Positions 7,334-12,823 of a stretch of 12,823 nt of DNA are shown in pieces (position 1 is the stretch's first letter; each line of letters begins with the position of its first letter). Under the pieces are notes generated by a model. That model was not told the DNA's origin and made no database searches. It saw nothing but the letters and a program-made list of their open reading frames with translations. Origin of the DNA: Candidatus Asgardarchaeum abyssi (lineage in GTDB: Archaea > Asgardarchaeota > Asgardarchaeia > Asgardarchaeales > Asgardarchaeaceae); assembly GCA_040225955.1 (NCBI GenBank), contig JBECUL010000057.1, forward strand, positions 1-12,823, given 5' to 3'. The position numbers were made by a program, and so were the translations under genes.

Positions 7334-7351
7334 AAAAACCTGGAGGTTTTT
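7334..7351. promoter_or_regulatory. Inverted repeat AAAAACCT-GG-AGGTTTTT containing the hypA Shine-Dalgarno
   Basis: 8-bp perfect arms. GGAGGT is at 7342-7347, a TATA-like TTTAAATA at 7306-7313, and the TTG start at 7355. Confidence 0.5.
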
Positions 7352-7354
7352 AAT

Positions 7355-7771
7355 TTGCATGAGTGGGCACTCGCAGAGTCCGTTATAACAACAGTCTTAG
7401 CCACCTTAGAAAAAGAGAAAGCTGAAGAAGCTGTTGAAGTAAAAGTAGTCCTAGGGGAATTGCAACAGATAGAAACTGACATTTTTAAGTTTGCTCTTGA
7501 TGAGATAAAAAAGGAAACGAAATTGAAGGACACTAAATTCATTCTCGAGATAGAGGAAGCGGTCTTGAAATGTAGGATATGTGGTCATGAGTGGAGTTAT
7601 AAAGAGAACCTTAAGGAGCTTGATGAATCATACGTCGAGTCCATTCACTTTATACCAGAGCTTGCACATAGTTTTATTAAATGTCCAAAGTGTGGGAGTC
7701 CAGACTTTGAAGTTATCAAAGGAAGAGGCGTCTGGATAGAGTATATAAAAGCTAAAAAGAGAGGAGATTAA
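7355..7771 (+). CDS. hypA: [NiFe]-hydrogenase nickel metallochaperone HypA
   Basis: MHEWALA Ni-binding N-terminus; LGELQ; CRIC and CPKC Zn ligands separated by the Thermococcales-type IHFIPE insert; GRG. TTG start with SD. Confidence 0.96.
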   Translation: MHEWALAESVITTVLATLEKEKAEEAVEVKVVLGELQQIETDIFKFALDEIKKETKLKDTKFILEIEEAVLKCRICGHEWSYKENLKELDESYVESIHFIPELAHSFIKCPKCGSPDFEVIKGRGVWIEYIKAKKRGD

Positions 7772-8499
7772 TGATGGACCCAAGAATTTCAATTATTGAT
7801 AAACGTTTATCCCAGATTAAGCGAATAATAGCCGTCGCATCTGGAAAAGGAGGAGTTGGAAAGAGCTTAATAGCATCGACAATGGCACTCATCTTGGCGG
7901 AAAAGGGATATAAAGTAGGTTTACTAGACTTGGACCTCTATGGCCCTTCAAGTCATATTATCCTAGGGGTTGAGAAGACATTTCCAGAGGAAGAGAAGGG
8001 AATTGTTCCACCAAAAGTAAAGAATGTTGAGTTCATGACAATTGCCTTTTTCGCTGAAGATAGACCAATTCCCCTGAGAGGCGATGATGTTACAAATGTA
8101 ATATTGGAAATTCTTTCAATTACTAGGTGGAGCAATTTAGGTTTCTTAGTTGTAGATATGCCACCTGGCATTGGAGACGAAGTGTTAGATGCAATAAGGT
8201 TTCTAAAAAGAAGTGAGTTTTTAATAGTAACAACGCCTTCCAAGGTTGCTATAAGTACAGTTATGAGACTTATTAAGCTCTTGGTTGAAATAAAGGCACC
8301 AGTATTAGGCCTTATTGAAAATATGAAACTAATCGATACCGATTTGGTCATTAAGGCTGCGAATGAAGCAAACATTAAATATCTCGGAGCTATACCCTTT
8401 GACCATAATTTGGAAAGGTCTATAGGCAATCCAGATGAATTATTGAAAACTGAATTTACAAATAATCTGAGAAATATACTTTCTAAAGTTCTTGCCTGA
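7771..8499 (+). CDS. hypB: Mrp/MinD-family ATPase, ATP-dependent HypB of the Thermococcus kodakarensis type
   Basis: DPR N-terminus; deviant Walker A SGKGGVGKS; DLDLYG; FPEEEKG; PLRG; ITRW; DMPPG; ENM not followed by the CPxC of ApbC/Nbp35. Start overlaps the hypA stop (TAATG). Confidence 0.85.
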   Translation: MMDPRISIIDKRLSQIKRIIAVASGKGGVGKSLIASTMALILAEKGYKVGLLDLDLYGPSSHIILGVEKTFPEEEKGIVPPKVKNVEFMTIAFFAEDRPIPLRGDDVTNVILEILSITRWSNLGFLVVDMPPGIGDEVLDAIRFLKRSEFLIVTTPSKVAISTVMRLIKLLVEIKAPVLGLIENMKLIDTDLVIKAANEANIKYLGAIPFDHNLERSIGNPDELLKTEFTNNLRNILSKVLA

Positions 8500-8544
8500 T
8501 ACACATAAATCTAACGCTAATCATGATAATTATCCCTTTTCTTC

Positions 8545-8562
8545 CTATGACTTCTATGACTT
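8545..8562 (+). repeat. Tandem 9-mer (CTATGACTT)x2, with a third copy at 8698-8706
   Basis: Read directly from the sequence. The third copy contains the start codon of the orphan antitoxin. Confidence 0.7.
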
Positions 8563-8699
8563 TTATAGTATTTGTTATTTGATTGATTTTCTGGATGTAT
8601 TGATAAAATTATCAGCCACCGGAAAGTATCATAAAAAGATAGATTTTCTATAATTATATATACTTACTATTTGTAATACATTTTTAATGGATGATCTCT

Positions 8700-8985
8700 A
8701 TGACTTCAAGGGATGATAAAATTACAAGTGTTCGAATTAGAAAGGATATTTGGAAAAAAGCAAAAATAATAGCAATAGAAGAAGGAGAAAACCTTAAAAT
8801 CTCTTATAGAAGGTCTACTTTTATCCGTAATTGAGGGAAGTGAATTGGCTAGCGGTATGGAATTAGAGATACAAGAAGATGCTCTGAAAGTCTTCAGAGA
8901 GCGAAGAAAAAGAGGTCTTCTCCCATTTAAAATAATCTCAGAGAAAACAGCAGTTGAGCTAGTCAGAGAAGGTAGAAATTGCTAA
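8700..8985 (+). pseudogene. Frameshifted orphan RHH-type antitoxin (VapB-like), with no toxin downstream
   Basis: MTSRDDKITSVRIRKDIWKKAKIIAIEEGENLK, then a +1 shift (extra A near 8788-8799) to SLIEGLLLSVIEGSELASGMELEIQEDALKVFRERRKRGLLPFKIISEKTAVELVREGRNC*. The C-terminal AVELVREGR resembles archaeal VapB tails. Not in the ORF track. Confidence 0.78.
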
Positions 8986-9094
8986 TACAACGAGAGATTA
9001 TTATTAATTATCATATCTACACAAAAATTATCAGAGATGCGCAGTTAATTAATAGCTAATGTTTCTAATGTCTTATAGATTTGATGTGATAAAA

Positions 9095-10543
9095 ATGAAA
9101 TATTGTAGTATCGGATTATCAATAAGTAAGAATGCAATACCTGCAACAGTTTTAGATGAACAAATGAAAATTATTACGGAACTAAAAAAATCCAGCTCAT
9201 TTCCAATATCACCTGAGAATGTATTATCAAATGTAATCCAAATCTTAAAAGATCTAATCTCCAAACTGAGAAATTATAAAATCTCTGCAATTGGAATATC
9301 ATGCTATCCATCATCTCTCATTCTTCACTCCAAGGACAAAATTTTAGGAGAGCCCATTATAACTAGAGGTTTTCAAGATTATGATCTGATCGAAGAGCTC
9401 ATGAGAATGGATTTAGAATTTTGGCTAGACCGCGTCGGAAACATACCATCGCCAAAACTAAATGTAGCAAGGATTCTTCACGTAAAAGAACATAGAAAAA
9501 TCACCTATCAAAACACAAAATATCTCCTCGACTTAATAAGTTATATCGTTAAAAGTCTAACTGGAAAAGTTGTGATTGATAAAACAACAGCATTCGAATG
9601 GGGATTGCTTAATAAAAAAACATTAACATGGGATGACTTACTGATCAATATGTTGGAAATCGATACAGAAAAACTGCCAGATCTTGTAGAACCAGCAACT
9701 ACTGTAGGAAACTTAAGTTCTGAAATCAAAGAAACTCTCGGATTAAACTATGACATTCCTATTGTAATAGGTTCAACAGATGCAGCTGCTACTTGTTTAG
9801 GTGCGTGTTTATTAAATAACTCAGATACTTTCGTAAGCTATATGACTCCATCCTATGCTGGTGTTGTATCAGATTCGCCCCATGGTAGCTTCCATTACCA
9901 CTTAAGTTTGCATGCGTATCCCAATCTCTATATAATGGGAAGCGAGTTACCACCGCTCGAGGAATACCTATCATGGCTTCAGAAAACCTATAATGTTAAC
10001 TACAACGAAGAAATAGAAAAGAAGAGGATATTTCAAGAGAAAGTAGTAAAAATGATCGGCTTCCCATTTATCGTTGATGAGTATTCCGAATGTTACCCCA
10101 AGTTAAAAGGGATGATTGGAGGATTTGATGCATCATCAACAAATATTGATTTATTTGCTGGAAGTTTGCTTGGATATGCTTTCGCAATAAATCTCGTTTT
10201 TAAATCTCTGGAGGAAAGCCGAATTAGTTTATCTGAAAAGGTTTACGGTCTGAATGTTGAAGGCGTTACGCATTTCTCAGAATTGGTAACTGATGTTCTA
10301 TGCAAAAACCAAGAAATTTTTCATGGCCAGCTTTCATCACTTGGTACGGCACTCATGGCAAAAATAGGGATCAATGAGATAACCTGGAATGATATAAAGA
10401 GAGTAAGAGAATCTTTAAGCCCAAGTGAAGCCACGCCAAGCGAAAAATGTAAAATATATAGAAGGATTTTCAAGCAATACTTCAGAATGCTTAAGTTCAT
10501 GAAAACAGTCTTTGATGAAATCGATAAACTTGATTATAAATGA
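9095..10543 (+). CDS. FGGY carbohydrate kinase-fold protein (xylulokinase/gluconokinase-like) with degenerate ATP-binding motifs
   Basis: Family scaffold: I.AIGIS, ILHVKEH, SYIVKSLTG, WDDLLINML, KLPDL, VG.L...LGL..DIPIVIGSTD, LGTALMA. Start is probably the ATG at 9095; the track gives 9059. Confidence 0.85.
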   Translation: MKYCSIGLSISKNAIPATVLDEQMKIITELKKSSSFPISPENVLSNVIQILKDLISKLRNYKISAIGISCYPSSLILHSKDKILGEPIITRGFQDYDLIEELMRMDLEFWLDRVGNIPSPKLNVARILHVKEHRKITYQNTKYLLDLISYIVKSLTGKVVIDKTTAFEWGLLNKKTLTWDDLLINMLEIDTEKLPDLVEPATTVGNLSSEIKETLGLNYDIPIVIGSTDAAATCLGACLLNNSDTFVSYMTPSYAGVVSDSPHGSFHYHLSLHAYPNLYIMGSELPPLEEYLSWLQKTYNVNYNEEIEKKRIFQEKVVKMIGFPFIVDEYSECYPKLKGMIGGFDASSTNIDLFAGSLLGYAFAINLVFKSLEESRISLSEKVYGLNVEGVTHFSELVTDVLCKNQEIFHGQLSSLGTALMAKIGINEITWNDIKRVRESLSPSEATPSEKCKIYRRIFKQYFRMLKFMKTVFDEIDKLDYK

Positions 10544-10615
10544 TATCACAATAAAGTACATAACGTAAAGAAATACACTCATGTGAGATAGAAAGGTTTT
10601 TAAGTTTATCTTCTA

Positions 10616-10636
10616 ATTTGTTAATAATTAACAAAT
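10616..10636. promoter_or_regulatory. 21-bp palindrome ATTTGTTAAT-A-ATTAACAAAT, putative operator of the HEPN-MNT operon
   Basis: Perfect 10-bp arms with a 1-nt spacer. It lies between a BRE/TATA-like gaaaggtttttaag (10591-10604) and the ATG at 10647. Confidence 0.7.
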
Positions 10637-10646
10637 CTAATAAAAC

Positions 10647-11036
10647 ATGATGAAAATGGGTACCGCGAAATATCATTTAAGGCTTGCTAAAGAAAATTTT
10701 GAAGGTGCAGTTAGTGAATTTTCAGCTAAAAGATACTCCAATGTTGGTTTACTAGCAATAAAAGCCTTAGAACAACTTATAGAAGCTTGTGCTGCAAAAG
10801 AACAGTTGCATTTTCATGAAACACCCAAGACAGCTCATGCCAATAGACGAAAGTGGCTTGAATTACATTATCCTAACTTAATTAAATATTGGGAGCAACT
10901 CTGGTCAATTTATGGCATCCTAGGTTATGGTGGTATTGATGGTGAAAGAGCAGAAAAAGCAATAAAAATACTTAAAAGGGTGTTTAAGGAAATTGGCGAG
11001 AAAGAAGGATTTGAAGATATTAGGAGAATTGAATAA
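10647..11036 (+). CDS. HEPN-domain protein (divergent)
   Basis: All-helical, about 129 aa. The pattern HLRLAKENFE.A......Y......A.KA.EQ.IEA, H-rich loop, YxxxxY and A.KA..I matches archaeal HEPN. Overlaps an MNT gene. No RxxxxH motif. Confidence 0.72.
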   Translation: MMKMGTAKYHLRLAKENFEGAVSEFSAKRYSNVGLLAIKALEQLIEACAAKEQLHFHETPKTAHANRRKWLELHYPNLIKYWEQLWSIYGILGYGGIDGERAEKAIKILKRVFKEIGEKEGFEDIRRIE

Positions 11037-11601
11037 AATTGTAGAACAAATTAAAGATATTGAAGGCGTATTGGCTATTGTGCTATTCGGGAGTTTTGCT
11101 AGAGGCGATTACGATGAGGGGAGTGATATAGATCTGTTAATTTTGTTTGAAGATAAAGCCAACCTTAATAAAGGATGGGATAATATAATAGAAATCACTT
11201 CCGAATCCGATTTATTCACACAAACTATAACTCTAACAGTTGATGAATTTATTTCCTCTCCTCTCCTTCATCCAGTGTTAAGAGAAGGAAAAATATTGTA
11301 CCAAAGAAAAGATTTCAACCTAAACAATTTGATTAGCTTCGAGCCCTATGTTATTGTCACATACGACCTTAGTACTATTCACAAATCCGTAGATAAAGTA
11401 AAGTTTATTCACAGACTATTCGGTAGAAAAGCTGGCAAATACTCATATAAGGGGATTCTGGACAGCCTCGGGGGCTTTAAAATAGGCAGAAATGCAATTA
11501 TGCTTCCATTTAAAAATTTAAACGGGCTAACTGAGTTTCTAGATAAAAATAATGTGAGATATGTCCTGAGATATGTGTGGCTACCTAAAGTTAAGTCATA
11601 A
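10993..11601 (+). CDS. Minimal nucleotidyltransferase (MNT) fused to a C-terminal Cas2/VapD-like ferredoxin-fold domain
   Basis: LFGSFARGDYDEGSDIDLLI (GS-x10-DxD) and LREGKILY end the MNT core. About 85 extra aa follow, beginning YVIVTYDL. Confidence 0.85.
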   Translation: MARKKDLKILGELNKIVEQIKDIEGVLAIVLFGSFARGDYDEGSDIDLLILFEDKANLNKGWDNIIEITSESDLFTQTITLTVDEFISSPLLHPVLREGKILYQRKDFNLNNLISFEPYVIVTYDLSTIHKSVDKVKFIHRLFGRKAGKYSYKGILDSLGGFKIGRNAIMLPFKNLNGLTEFLDKNNVRYVLRYVWLPKVKS

Positions 11602-11758
11602 GTGCAATATTCTCGCTTCAACCATAAATATCTATTAAATATGTCTCCTTAAGCCAAAGATTTAAATGAGTAAAAGGAGAAATTACCTTTCACTAATAAT
11701 TTGACAGTAACTTTATTTTTTCACACCAGGTTAAAAGAATGCTTGGTGATTAGTAGTG

Positions 11759-12823
11759 ATGGATAAAGAATTCGAAGAATTTGTTGAAGATATTTTTAGA
11801 ACATCCCTTAACCTGAATCCAATTAGCGGCACTTATCTGGGCCTACACGAATATAACACTATCATGCCAGTGGTCTCAAAGTATAGCTTTAGATTCCAAA
11901 TAACATTCACAGAGAAAATGTTAGATATGCTGCAAGAGTTCCCAGATGAGAAATTATCACCGTCCAATAGAATAGATAAGCTTGTCCTGGAAAGATTAGC
12001 AAAAATATGGCTCTTCGATCTGAAGGAACTAGAAACATGGCGTAAGGACTTTGATGCCGCATACCTGATAAGTGGGGCTATCTATGGCTTGGTCATTAAA
12101 AACTATGCTCCCTTTAATGTAAGATTGAGTCACATTACCTCCAGAGTTAAAGAAACAGACAGAATAGTACGAGAGACCATAAGTAGAGTCGATAAGCCAG
12201 TAAAAACATGGGCAAAAATAGATCAAGAGGTATCCCAAATGACAATAGGATTCTTCGAACTAATAACAAATATTGCGAAATCTGAAGGCGTAGATAAAGA
12301 AACAATGGACACTTGGATAGAAACAAAAGAGAAGGCAAAAGAATCACTTACTAAATACTATCACCACCTTGAAGAAGTTGCACAAAAAGCCGAAGATAAC
12401 TGGGCCTTAGGCAAGGAAAAATTTGTAAAACTACTAAGGCTAAGAGGAATAAAAGAATCCTTAGAAGAACTGACAGCAATGGCCGAAAAGATAAAAGCGG
12501 AAACCCTTGAAGAATTAGAAAAAATCGCAAAGGAAATCGACCCAACAAAGAGCTGGAAAGAAGTCCTTAACATGATTCGTGCTGATCATCCTAAGACAGC
12601 TGAAGAGGTAATAGAGGCCTATAAAAAGGCCATGAATGAGGCACGAGAAATTGTTAAAAGTGGCAATTTTGTTCCGTATCCCCAAGGTGAGGAACTAATC
12701 GTTACAATGACACCACCACCATTCCAGCCTCTACTGCCAATAGCTGCATATTTGAATCCAGGAAAATTTGAAAAACAGGTTGGTGTATACATGGTAACCC
12801 CATTGAAAGATCGACTAAAGGAA
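11759..12823 (+). CDS. DUF885 family protein, 5' part (runs off the window)
   Basis: 355 open codons from the ATG at 11759 (SD GGTGA at 11745-11749): MDKEFEEFVEDIFRTSLNLNPISGTYLGLHEYNTIMP...WALGKEKFVKLL...ADHP...TPPPFQPLLPIAAYLNPG...GVYMVTP. Absent from the ORF track because no stop falls within the window. Confidence 0.88.
   Translation, partial: MDKEFEEFVEDIFRTSLNLNPISGTYLGLHEYNTIMPVVSKYSFRFQITFTEKMLDMLQEFPDEKLSPSNRIDKLVLERLAKIWLFDLKELETWRKDFDAAYLISGAIYGLVIKNYAPFNVRLSHITSRVKETDRIVRETISRVDKPVKTWAKIDQEVSQMTIGFFELITNIAKSEGVDKETMDTWIETKEKAKESLTKYYHHLEEVAQKAEDNWALGKEKFVKLLRLRGIKESLEELTAMAEKIKAETLEELEKIAKEIDPTKSWKEVLNMIRADHPKTAEEVIEAYKKAMNEAREIVKSGNFVPYPQGEELIVTMTPPPFQPLLPIAAYLNPGKFEKQVGVYMVTPLKDRLKE

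Noticed and set aside
7953-8504. 183-aa minus-strand ORF
   Set aside because: Antisense shadow of hypB with no recognisable motifs.
11341-11758. CRISPR-Cas locus suggested by the Cas2-like domain
   Set aside because: No repeat-spacer array, cas1 or other cas genes in the window.
12029-12573. Four short minus-strand ORFs
   Set aside because: All are antisense to the long open DUF885 frame starting at 11759.

Overview
AT-rich archaeal DNA (GGTGA/GGAGG Shine-Dalgarno motifs, TATA-like promoters), probably from a thermophile; TACK or Asgard affinity is an inference. The left half holds a 90-aa acidic ORF, an Egghead/PcManGT-like membrane GT2, a Zn-ribbon protein, and a minus-strand run of a small Sm/Hfq-like protein, an Fpg/Nei glycosylase starting MTEGP rather than MPEGP, and a type I (eukaryote-like) thymidylate kinase. 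The right half is rich in toxin-antitoxin loci mixed with housekeeping genes: a decayed vapBC pair not in the ORF track, a SerB-like HAD, an intact vapBC, hypA plus Thermococcus-type ATP-dependent hypB, a frameshifted orphan antitoxin, and an FGGY-fold protein that has lost its ATP-binding motifs. It also contains a HEPN + MNT pair in which the MNT carries a C-terminal Cas2/VapD-like domain, behind a 21-bp palindrome. A DUF885 gene runs off the right edge. No rRNA, tRNA, CRISPR array or transposase was seen. The best candidates for undescribed biology are the HEPN / MNT-Cas2-like module, the FGGY pseudokinase and the Thr-initiated Nei. All family assignments come from motifs recognised by eye, not from database searches.
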